Assembly: GCA_965219535.1 (NCBI GenBank)
Contig: CBDCNV010000001.1
Coordinates: 1,560,001-1,592,000, forward strand
Length of the DNA: 32,000 nt
DNA from: Opitutales bacterium
Lineage (GTDB): Bacteria > Verrucomicrobiota > Verrucomicrobiia > Opitutales > PNEW01
Reading direction: 5' to 3'
Shown piece after piece: positions 8,780-16,380 of the stretch; position 1 is the stretch's first letter; each line of letters starts with the position of its first letter. The translations under genes were made by a program, and so were the position numbers. The notes beneath the pieces were generated by a model. The model had not been told where the DNA came from. It ran no database searches and saw only the letters and a program-made list of their open reading frames with translations.

Positions 8780-9574
8780 TCACATGGGAACGTTTATCCT
8801 GACCGGTTGCGCAAGTCTGAATTCGAGCAAAGTATTCGGTGGTAATTGAACAGGTTTACCCGGAGTAATAAGCGCGACACCAGTTCCAATAGCGGCTCCT
8901 TTTAACGCACCGCCACCTCTATCATTCTTATCGATAAGTGCACCGAGGAGGGCACCGGCGCCTATTGCGTGCAGGGTTCCTTTCGTAGCGTCTTTACCGC
9001 GTTCAATATGATCAGTTGTAAAGATAGGATATAGTTTTTCATTAATTTCCATCTCAGACAGTCCAATATCTACTGAAGAAGTACCTGCGATCCTTCCCGC
9101 TTGTTTGGACCGTTGTAATATGCCGTATACAAGTGAACCTTCATTTGCAACGAGGGTATCACCGACATATAGATCTGCCGCTAAGCGGGCTCTGAATTTT
9201 TGTCCGGCTTTGTCTGTCCTTGTGTCTATGCTGTCAACGAGTGTTACCATAATGCTTGTCCCTGCGGGTATGGTTACACTTTTAATTTTTGTTACGCTTG
9301 GTGCATAGGACGCACTTGAATCATAAGAGGGACGAGAATAACTGGTGCTACTTTCAGATCCCGCGCTCGCCGAACCAGAAAATGTTAATGCCAGAGCTTC
9401 ATTTTTTGATATGACTTCCACCTTATCACCGACTTGAAACCGTATGGTTTGTTGTGTTCCTCCCAGGTATTTGCCGTTGAGCACTTTACCGTTTTTCAAT
9501 TCAAGAACATCCGCTTGGGCTGAAAGCACTGCGATGAAACATGCGGTTAAAATTTTGATTAATATTTTTTTCAT
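8780..9574 (-). CDS. Secreted protein of unknown function with C-terminal glycine-zipper segment
   Basis: Signal peptide 'MKKILIKILTACFIAVLSAQA', followed by a Ser-rich linker 'SGSASAGSESSTSYSRPSYDSSASY'. Then comes the block 'IPAGTSIMVTLVDSIDTRTDKAGQKFRARLAADLYVGDTLVANEGSLVYG' and the Gly-zipper 'GAGALLGALIDKNDRGGGALKGAAIGTGVALI'. Confidence 0.75.
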   Translation of the reverse strand: MKKILIKILTACFIAVLSAQADVLELKNGKVLNGKYLGGTQQTIRFQVGDKVEVISKNEALALTFSGSASAGSESSTSYSRPSYDSSASYAPSVTKIKSVTIPAGTSIMVTLVDSIDTRTDKAGQKFRARLAADLYVGDTLVANEGSLVYGILQRSKQAGRIAGTSSVDIGLSEMEINEKLYPIFTTDHIERGKDATKGTLHAIGAGALLGALIDKNDRGGGALKGAAIGTGVALITPGKPVQLPPNTLLEFRLAQPVRINVPM

Positions 9575-9678
9575 AATGTTGTGCGTGGAAAGCCGGTTTT
9601 CGTACGTAGGTAAAATAGTTTAAATTGAGTTGAATTTCAAGTAGATCGGAACAATTACAATTTCTTGATAGATTTTTA

Positions 9679-11229
9679 CTAAAATGTAACTTCTTCAGTG
9701 TTAATTGTTATTGTAGTCCCGTCAGTGTTGATGAATGTTGCGTTCGCGCTCTGCGTCGGCTGGGGCGTAAAATCAGATTTGAAATTATTTTGTGAGATCA
9801 AAGTTTCAAATCCAGGTGTCGTCGATCCGCTTGGGGCGATGACAATCGAGGTACCATTTGTTTGCAGGAGATCGCCGCCGGTTATTCTTAATCCGGGATT
9901 TCCCGCCGCCACAGTGAACGAGCCCGTTCCAAAGAGCAGGTGGGGGACCGCATCTCCGCTTGCATCAATGTCACCCACAGTCAATCTTACCGCGATCGGT
10001 ACACCTTCAGCTACTATTCCAGTTCTTCCCGTAGTCCCGGAAAAAAACGTATTCGATAACTGCATCCCACCCATTCCAGAAGAATTAACAACTTCGACTA
10101 AGCTTACATCAGCCTGAGCGTCATAGACCTGCCCCTCGGGGAACAAGGCCTGGTTAACCGCGTTAATTGATCCTACGGTGAAGATACTGAAGAAAGTATT
10201 GGCGTCTGCTCCATCGATGAGCACGCTGGGTTTACCCGTCACGTATTCTACTGCTTGGTTGTAGCGCGGTGGTACCGCAGGTGGGAGAAAAGTTGCCGGA
10301 TCAAGATTGACCGTAAAGGTCCCATTACCCGAGAACTCTACCTGCACAATATCCTCGTTTTCGTCCATAAATGATACCCGGGTAATCTGATTTTCCTTGG
10401 CGCGTAGTTTTACGCTCTGGCCGGTGAGCAGAACCTGATCAAAGACGTTACCGCTGGGATGTTGTATATCTTCACCGACGACATCACCCAACCCTTCAAG
10501 AACGAGATCGGATACAGCGGGAGGTTCAGCGCCGGCGGAAAAATCAATGGTCAATTTTGGGCGACTTCCCGTGCTGCTATTTTCCCTACTGCCAAAAATA
10601 GTCGCTGCCCCGAATGCTGATTCATCGACGAGAATAATCCATCCAAAGTTTTGTTCAGGATTATCCACCCAATTTTGAACGTCCGCTATTAAGTTTGGCG
10701 AACTCCAGGTTATAGGACCCGATGATGACAGCGGTTGTGTTGCCGAGGGTGTGTTTACAAAATTACCCCCTTCAATCTGCCAATTTTCTGTATTGAAAAA
10801 CGAGAAATTCCAAGTGACGTCTCCTGTGGAAGGAGATCCACCAAGACCTGTTCCCAACGAGGCGCCTTCACCCCAATCCTGAATTAAGCGATGCAGGAAA
10901 ACATCGACAGAACTGCCAACAGTTGCGGGGCCACGTCTGCTCACATTCAAAGTTATTGAAACGTTTTCAATAGAAGCACCACTGGGAATGTTACCCGTTA
11001 GATCAAATTGCATTAAAGCCCGGCGTGTTCCCGCACCCTGTCTCCCCTGCGTTCTCCCCGAAAAGAGATCACCGTCACCGTTGCTGTTATTATTTTCAGA
11101 ATATATAGAATTATCCTTTGTCGCGTCCAAAGTTATTGTATCGGCCAAAGACGGAAGGAGTAAACCGAATGTTGGGAACAAGAACAATAATAGAACACGG
11201 CTGACGAGAGAATTATTTTGAGTATACAT
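9679..11229 (-). CDS. Secreted protein: DNRLRE-like beta-sandwich N-terminal half plus unassigned ~277-aa C-terminal module (paralog 1)
   Basis: Signal peptide 'VLLLFLFPTFGLLLPSLA'. Motifs 'KDNSIYSEN', 'RRALMQFDLTGNIPSGASIENVS' and 'PEQNFGWIILVDES'. The C-terminal 276 aa are shared with the ORFs at 11411-12991 and 23135-25699. Confidence 0.85.
   Translation of the reverse strand: MYTQNNSLVSRVLLLFLFPTFGLLLPSLADTITLDATKDNSIYSENNNSNGDGDLFSGRTQGRQGAGTRRALMQFDLTGNIPSGASIENVSITLNVSRRGPATVGSSVDVFLHRLIQDWGEGASLGTGLGGSPSTGDVTWNFSFFNTENWQIEGGNFVNTPSATQPLSSSGPITWSSPNLIADVQNWVDNPEQNFGWIILVDESAFGAATIFGSRENSSTGSRPKLTIDFSAGAEPPAVSDLVLEGLGDVVGEDIQHPSGNVFDQVLLTGQSVKLRAKENQITRVSFMDENEDIVQVEFSGNGTFTVNLDPATFLPPAVPPRYNQAVEYVTGKPSVLIDGADANTFFSIFTVGSINAVNQALFPEGQVYDAQADVSLVEVVNSSGMGGMQLSNTFFSGTTGRTGIVAEGVPIAVRLTVGDIDASGDAVPHLLFGTGSFTVAAGNPGLRITGGDLLQTNGTSIVIAPSGSTTPGFETLISQNNFKSDFTPQPTQSANATFINTDGTTITINTEEVTF
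9682..10509 (-). other. Shared C-terminal module, copy 1 (residues ~241-516)
   Basis: Aligns end to end with the C-termini encoded at 11414-12244 and 23138-23968. Example blocks are 'ITRVSFMDENEDIVQVEFSGNG', 'GDIDASGDAVPHLLFG' and 'GLRITGGDLLQTNGTSIV'. Confidence 0.8.
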
Positions 11230-11410
11230 TTCAGATTAATTTCATCGAAGTAGGGATAACGGGATATTGCGTATTAAATACAAGGGGACGACTGAATGAC
11301 ATAATTATATTATGACGTTAGGATACTGAAGATAATTTACAATTTATAAAAATAACTTATTCGAAGATACCTTGTAATGAAAGAGATTTATTATCACCTG
11401 GAGTTTAATT

Positions 11411-12991
11411 CTAAAATGTAATTTCCACAGTTGCTATTGATAATGGCGTTCCATCAGAGTTGATGAAAGTTGCATTTATGCTCTGCGTGGGCTGTGGTGT
11501 ATTATCAGACTTAAAATTGTTTTGTGAGAACAGGGTTTCGAAGCCCGGGGTCGTCGATCCACTCGGGGCGACAACAATCGAAGCGCCATTCGTTTGCAGT
11601 AAATCGCCACCTGTAATTCTCAATCCGGTCATACCCACAGCGGGCAATGTAAACGAACCCGTTCCAAAGAGCAGGTGCGGAACCGCGTCTCCGCTCGCAT
11701 CAATGTCACCCACTGTTAAGCGCACACCGATTGTGATACCTTCGGCGTTTACCCCTGTCTTCCCCGTGCTTGCAGAGAACACGGTGTTCGATAGTTGCAT
11801 ACCTCCTATACCCATAGAATTGATGACTTCGACCAGGGTTACATCTGCTTGCGCATCATAGACGACTCCATCCGGGAACAAAGCCTGATTTACAGCATTG
11901 ATACGGCCTACAGTAAAGATACTGAAAAAAGTGTTCGCATCCGCATCTTCTATAACCACGCTGGGTCGGCCTGTTACATACTCTACCTGTTGATTGTATT
12001 TCGTCGGAAATGCCGGAGGTTGAAAGGAAGCTGCATCAAAGTTAAGGGTAAAGGCGCCATTACCAGAAAATTCCACCTGGACGATATCTTCGTTCTCGTC
12101 GAGAAAGGAAACTCGCGTGATCTGGTTTTCTCTCGCTCGCAGTTTTATGTTCTGCCCGGTGAGAAGAACCTGATTAAAAATGTTACCACTGGGGTGCACA
12201 ATTGCTTCACCCACTACGGTTCCCGAACCTTCAAGGATAAGATCCTGCTCAAGCGGAGGTTCACCGTCAGTTGAATATTCAACCGTGAGTTTCGGTCGAT
12301 TATCGACCTGGCTGCTCTCTCGACTTAAAAATCTGATCGCCCCGCCGAATACTGATTCATCGACAATAAAAATCCATCCAAAGTTTTGTTCGGGGTCATC
12401 TACCCACCCTTGAACATCCGAGACCAGGGTGGGGGAATTCCAAGTCAAAAACGCGGGCGCGACTTCCGTTACGATCTGAGTCGCTGAAGGAATATTTTCA
12501 TAATTACCTCCAGGGACGAACCAATTTTCCGAATCAAAAAAGCTGAAGTGCCAAGTGGCGTCACCGGGTTGGGGCAATTCTCCCATTCCTAATTCAACTT
12601 CAGAATTACCGGTTTCTCCCCAGTCCTGAAGTAATCGGTGTAAAAAAGTATCTACTTCCGTCCCTTCAGATATCGGACCGCGCCGATCATAAAAAACAGA
12701 AAGGGATACATTTTCAATAACGGCTCCACTGGGAACACTCCCGGTGAGATCGAATTGAATCAACGCGCGCCGACTACCGAATATCGTTCCATCAATAGTT
12801 CTTCCCTGGGTGTTCCCTGAAAATAGAAATCCCCGACCATTACTGTTATTGTTCTCTGAGAAGATGGTATTATCTTTAGCGGTTTCGAGGATAACGGTAT
12901 CGCCTCTTAAGGGCGTTGATAATCCCAATATTAAAAATGAAGATAAAATATAAAGTAGGGCGCGCTGAAAGGTGAATTTATGAAAATACAT
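11411..12991 (-). CDS. Secreted protein: DNRLRE-like N-terminal half plus unassigned ~277-aa C-terminal module (paralog 2)
   Basis: ATG at 12991; the track start 12994 is a GTG one codon upstream. Signal peptide 'ALLYILSSFLILGLSTPLRG'. The protein is collinear with the 9679-11229 product over its full length. Confidence 0.85.
   Translation of the reverse strand: MYFHKFTFQRALLYILSSFLILGLSTPLRGDTVILETAKDNTIFSENNNSNGRGFLFSGNTQGRTIDGTIFGSRRALIQFDLTGSVPSGAVIENVSLSVFYDRRGPISEGTEVDTFLHRLLQDWGETGNSEVELGMGELPQPGDATWHFSFFDSENWFVPGGNYENIPSATQIVTEVAPAFLTWNSPTLVSDVQGWVDDPEQNFGWIFIVDESVFGGAIRFLSRESSQVDNRPKLTVEYSTDGEPPLEQDLILEGSGTVVGEAIVHPSGNIFNQVLLTGQNIKLRARENQITRVSFLDENEDIVQVEFSGNGAFTLNFDAASFQPPAFPTKYNQQVEYVTGRPSVVIEDADANTFFSIFTVGRINAVNQALFPDGVVYDAQADVTLVEVINSMGIGGMQLSNTVFSASTGKTGVNAEGITIGVRLTVGDIDASGDAVPHLLFGTGSFTLPAVGMTGLRITGGDLLQTNGASIVVAPSGSTTPGFETLFSQNNFKSDNTPQPTQSINATFINSDGTPLSIATVEITF
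11414..12244 (-). other. Shared C-terminal module, copy 2 (residues ~251-527)
   Basis: Blocks 'ITRVSFLDENEDIVQVEFSGNG', 'GDIDASGDAVPHLLFG' and 'GLRITGGDLLQTNGASIV'. By eye it is about three-quarters identical to copy 1. Confidence 0.8.
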
Positions 12992-13151
12992 CACTTAAAC
13001 ATACTTTATACTGAAAGAATGATCACGCACTCAATAGGATTGTATAAAATTGGAGTAATCCAATTGATATAATGTTCCCTCATTAAAAGCATTATACTTA
13101 ATTTAAATTAAGGATATAATATCATCAATCATCCATTAAAGGTGGATGTTC

Positions 13152-14699
13152 TCAGCACAGATCTTTAATTATTTCGTGAGCTGCGTTGTGGCCGGGAATA
13201 CCACTTACTTCGCCACCCGGATGTTGACCCGCTCCACACAGATAGAGGCCTTTAATCGGGGATCGGTAGCGGGACAGCTCGGGTAGGGGACGATTCCAGA
13301 ATAACTGTTCTCCATTATGTTGAATATGCCAGATACAACCATCAGTCAGGTTGTTCTCGCGTTCCAGATCAAGGGGTGTTCGCAAAATGTAGTTTTGAAT
13401 CGAGCGGCGAAAATTAGGAGCGTGTTCAGTAATCTGATTGATTAGATTTTCCGCAACATCTTCTCGCACCTCATCCCACGACTTATCCTTTAATTTTGCA
13501 GGCGCGGGAAATATCCAGATGGATGCGGTTTGATATCCCGGTTGAGTTAAGCTCGGGTCATTAAAGGAGGGGAGATTGACGCTTATGACTGGACTGCGAG
13601 GCGGTAGACCGCTTTCCAGGTCATCATAAGCTGCATTAACGCATGCGCGTGATACATTAAGACGTACCGCGCCCTGGTGAGGTCTCTCCTCTTCCCCATC
13701 CCAACACTTCCATTGCGGCAATTCATCAATTACTGCGAGCAGTTTCATACAGCTCACATGGGTTATTAGCTTATTAATTCGACTGCCTAAATTTTGATCG
13801 AAATTCTCGGGTGAGATGAGGCGCAAAAATGTTCTCTTTGGATCAAGATTCGAAATAACAATGGCACTTTCAATTTCAGTTCCATCAGTCAGTTTCACAC
13901 CGACCACCTCTTGCTTATTTATCAATATCTCGTCCACTTCGGTGTCTTCTTGAATCTCAACGCCCGCTTCTTTTGCCTGTTTTGCAAGAATATGGCTGAG
14001 CGCACCCATTCCTCCACGAACGAAGCCCTGGGGTGGGCTGTCGCCGGATTCCTTGTCGGGATCATCAATCGAATTATAGGCGATATGCAGAGCTAAGGGA
14101 TTGCGGCTGACATCAGCACCTTCGGAAGCATAAGCGTCCTGTTGATATTGAGAGGGAAGAAATTCATTCTGTAATTCCCAGATTTTGCTCGTCATGGCCC
14201 TCATTAAAATGGCCTCTTCTTCACTGCCATTTAAATTCAATTTAAATTCTTCCAGGGTTGGGGGTGGGTGTAAACGATATGGTGAAAAAAGCTGTCTCAG
14301 TTTGGTTTTAAACATTTCATAGGATTTTGCTCCATTCCTTTCATCAATCGTGAGACGTTTCGCTGACAGGCGATTGTTAGGCGTGTCGAGATTATTAAGG
14401 CCGAAATAGCTGTTATCATTTTGAGGATAGAGTGTCGGCGCTACTTCTGCCCATCCCAGGCCTTCTTCCTTTAGATGAAAATCCGCAAAGATTTTTGGAT
14501 GCACACCATGCATCAAGTGAGCGCAGGTGGAAAAATTATGACCCGGCCATAATTCCTGGGTAATTGCCGCGCCACCAATAAAAGATCGCCGTTCAAGCAT
14601 ATGCACCTTGAACCCCGCCCTCGCCAAATACGTTGCTGCTACCAGCCCATTATGCCCAGCTCCGATAATAAGGACATAATTGTTTTTTACCTTACTCAA
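13152..14699 (-). CDS. FAD/NAD(P)-dependent oxidoreductase, phytoene desaturase (CrtI)-like family
   Basis: Dinucleotide-binding motif 'YVLIIGAGHNGLVAATYLARAGFKVHMLERRSFIGGAA' and C-terminal 'GLYLCGAGQHPGGEVSGIPGHNAA'. The start is an apparent TTG at 14699; no upstream ATG precedes the GxGxxG motif. Confidence 0.85.
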   Translation of the reverse strand: MSKVKNNYVLIIGAGHNGLVAATYLARAGFKVHMLERRSFIGGAAITQELWPGHNFSTCAHLMHGVHPKIFADFHLKEEGLGWAEVAPTLYPQNDNSYFGLNNLDTPNNRLSAKRLTIDERNGAKSYEMFKTKLRQLFSPYRLHPPPTLEEFKLNLNGSEEEAILMRAMTSKIWELQNEFLPSQYQQDAYASEGADVSRNPLALHIAYNSIDDPDKESGDSPPQGFVRGGMGALSHILAKQAKEAGVEIQEDTEVDEILINKQEVVGVKLTDGTEIESAIVISNLDPKRTFLRLISPENFDQNLGSRINKLITHVSCMKLLAVIDELPQWKCWDGEEERPHQGAVRLNVSRACVNAAYDDLESGLPPRSPVISVNLPSFNDPSLTQPGYQTASIWIFPAPAKLKDKSWDEVREDVAENLINQITEHAPNFRRSIQNYILRTPLDLERENNLTDGCIWHIQHNGEQLFWNRPLPELSRYRSPIKGLYLCGAGQHPGGEVSGIPGHNAAHEIIKDLC

Positions 14700-14805
14700 C
14701 TCACTTTAAAATTAAGGGTGAAAAAGAGGATGGTTGAAAGAATGGAGTTCGATCGATAACCGAAGGGGTAGCCCAATCATCCACTCTTACATTCATCCAT
14801 TTTTC

Positions 14806-15735
14806 CTACCGGAAGAGGCCGAGAAATCGATCTTCATAGAGGCTGTATAGATTCCAGTGGTCCAGCTCTTTTTTTAACTGGGCCGCTTTCTCCTTTGAAC
14901 GCTTCATCTTTACTTCTTGAAAGAGACTTTCAATTTTTTTCATTACGTATTGGGGGACCTTATCTTCCTCAATTTCTTCTTTTTCATCTTCCTCAAACAT
15001 TTCACTGTTCATGAATGTTTTCTGAATCCGATCTTCGATGTCGGTCATGGTTTGGCTCATTTGTGTGACCGCTTCATCGAGGTTTGCCATATCGATTTTT
15101 ATTTCGAGCAGATTTTCAAATACGCGCAGGATTTCGCGCGATGCTTTAGGGTTGGGAATATTAACCGCGTACTGTGGCATCGTCGCGAGGAAACAGGCAG
15201 CCTCAATATCTCTCAACCCGGCGAATCCGAGAAGGAGTCCATTGAGTCCGGAGATTTGTCCCTGATCGAGGATTTCAACTCCGTAGGGAACAAAGAGATT
15301 TTTTAAAGAATCTTTATTCGCTACCCCGAAAACTTTAACCGGTTCTTTCTGACTGATCGGCATGACAAAAGCTGCACCCGTATAAATGGACCGTACATTC
15401 AAGTCTTCAGCGAGGTCGAGGATCTGTTTCATCAGTGTAATACCTCCCGCTCCACTGATTTGCGCTTCACTTTCAAAGATAATCAAGTTGAGTTCCCGAA
15501 TGTAATAAAAGGCATTGGAAGGGATATCGGGCAGTTTGGCTAAACCGTCCTCGACGACGACCGAATCCGGAGTGAAATATTCACTCATATCGACATCGGC
15601 AAAGTGCGTGGCATTTAATTTTCTGCGTAGATAACTGATCGCACCGGCACCAACGCTCCCCATCCCCGGCCACCCGGCAATTAATACTGGGGAATGGATT
15701 TCATCCCGGATGTCCTTAAAGACATTCATATTCAT
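14806..15735 (-). CDS. PAC2 (proteasome assembly chaperone 2-like) family protein
   Basis: The N-terminal 'PVLIAGWPGMGSVGAGAISYL' is typical of bacterial PAC2-family proteins. The tail 'EMFEEDEKEEIEEDK...KEKAAQLKKEL' is acidic and coiled-coil-like. Confidence 0.7.
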   Translation of the reverse strand: MNMNVFKDIRDEIHSPVLIAGWPGMGSVGAGAISYLRRKLNATHFADVDMSEYFTPDSVVVEDGLAKLPDIPSNAFYYIRELNLIIFESEAQISGAGGITLMKQILDLAEDLNVRSIYTGAAFVMPISQKEPVKVFGVANKDSLKNLFVPYGVEILDQGQISGLNGLLLGFAGLRDIEAACFLATMPQYAVNIPNPKASREILRVFENLLEIKIDMANLDEAVTQMSQTMTDIEDRIQKTFMNSEMFEEDEKEEIEEDKVPQYVMKKIESLFQEVKMKRSKEKAAQLKKELDHWNLYSLYEDRFLGLFR

Positions 15736-15860
15736 CGGTAATCATCCTTCCTTTTATACAATAAGTTATGCACAGAAATGAGGGGTGAAGCTGTATCCTG
15801 AATAATGAAACAGGGGACATAATTTAGCATAAAGAAATTCATACTGACATCCGTAAGCGA

Positions 15861-16262
15861 TCAGTCTTTCCAATTGGTAAATTTTTTTTTGCGTAATTTC
15901 AATAAAGTCGATTCTCCTCCCTTAGTGTCGACAAGTTTTTGTGTCGTGCGTTCCAATCGACCGGCCAGGGTCTTGATGATTCTCATTCCGACGTCCGGGT
16001 TCGCTCGAATCATCTCTTTCATGTCATCGTTTTGAATACACAAAATCTTACTGGCTTTTTTAGCTTTAACCGAGCAGGATCGCGGTTTACCGAGAAAGTC
16101 AGCCATTTCGCCAAAGAAGGTACCAGGGTGAATGATTACGCTGAGCAGGACATCATCCTTCATAATTTCAAGCGCGCCAGATTGCAGAATGTATAATCCG
16201 TGTCCTATTTCTCCTTGTTTGAGGATGATCTGGCCCCTGGCTACATCAATTTCTTTTTGCAT
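15861..16262 (-). CDS. Stand-alone cyclic-nucleotide-binding domain protein
   Basis: 'GEIGHGLYILQSGALEI' plus the phosphate-binding cassette 'FFGEMADFLGKPRSCSVKA'. At 133 aa it has no attached effector or DNA-binding domain. Confidence 0.85.
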   Translation of the reverse strand: MQKEIDVARGQIILKQGEIGHGLYILQSGALEIMKDDVLLSVIIHPGTFFGEMADFLGKPRSCSVKAKKASKILCIQNDDMKEMIRANPDVGMRIIKTLAGRLERTTQKLVDTKGGESTLLKLRKKKFTNWKD

Positions 16263-16310
16263 AATGTTTTATCGTTTACGTTTATAAAGCTGGGAGATAT
16301 TGCAATCTTA

Positions 16311-16340
16311 GAATACGATTGTCGAATGTTGAATTGATGG
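16311..16340. repeat. Heptamer-family tract (ACGATTG-TCGAATG-TTGAATT-GATGG)
   Basis: Read directly from the sequence. It lies in the 118-bp gap between the M16 peptidase stop and the cNMP-binding gene start. Confidence 0.5.
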
Positions 16341-16380
16341 AGGGGGAACGATCCAGAATGGTCAGGCAGTATTTTAGAGT

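Noticed and set aside
9698-10117. Long antisense ORFs are 'conserved' opposite all three copies of the C-terminal module (9698-10117, 11460-11861 and 23343-23525). All sit in the same relative frame, offset +1 to the sense codons.
   Set aside because: Conservation of the antisense translation follows automatically from conservation of the sense protein. The open length collapses from 139/133 aa to 60 aa in the divergent third copy. The sense frames have signal peptides and recognisable domains. These are most likely shadow ORFs.
9682-10509. The idea that the 277-aa C-terminal module is an autotransporter-type beta-barrel. It has a similar length, and two copies end in ...VTF / ...ITF.
   Set aside because: The module has no Trp and few Tyr, so it lacks an aromatic girdle. 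It has long Pro/Gly/Ser loop-like stretches, and the third copy ends ...EIEGP rather than in an aromatic residue. I cannot exclude the idea without beta-barrel prediction, but it is not supported.
13131-13149. Hairpin CATCCA-TTAAAGG-TGGATG just downstream of the flavoprotein stop, considered as a terminator. The AATTGGA-GTAA-TCCAATT palindrome at 13048-13065 was considered as an operator.
   Set aside because: The stems are only 6-7 bp in very AT-rich DNA. No U-tract follows the first hairpin on the transcribed strand. This is too weak to call without transcript data.
15882-15890. Homopolymer tracts in coding sequence considered as phase-variation switches: T9 at 15882-15890, A8 at 420-427 and A8 at 26075-26082.
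   Set aside because: They encode ordinary Lys/Phe runs. The lengths are modest. A single sequence gives no evidence of length heterogeneity.
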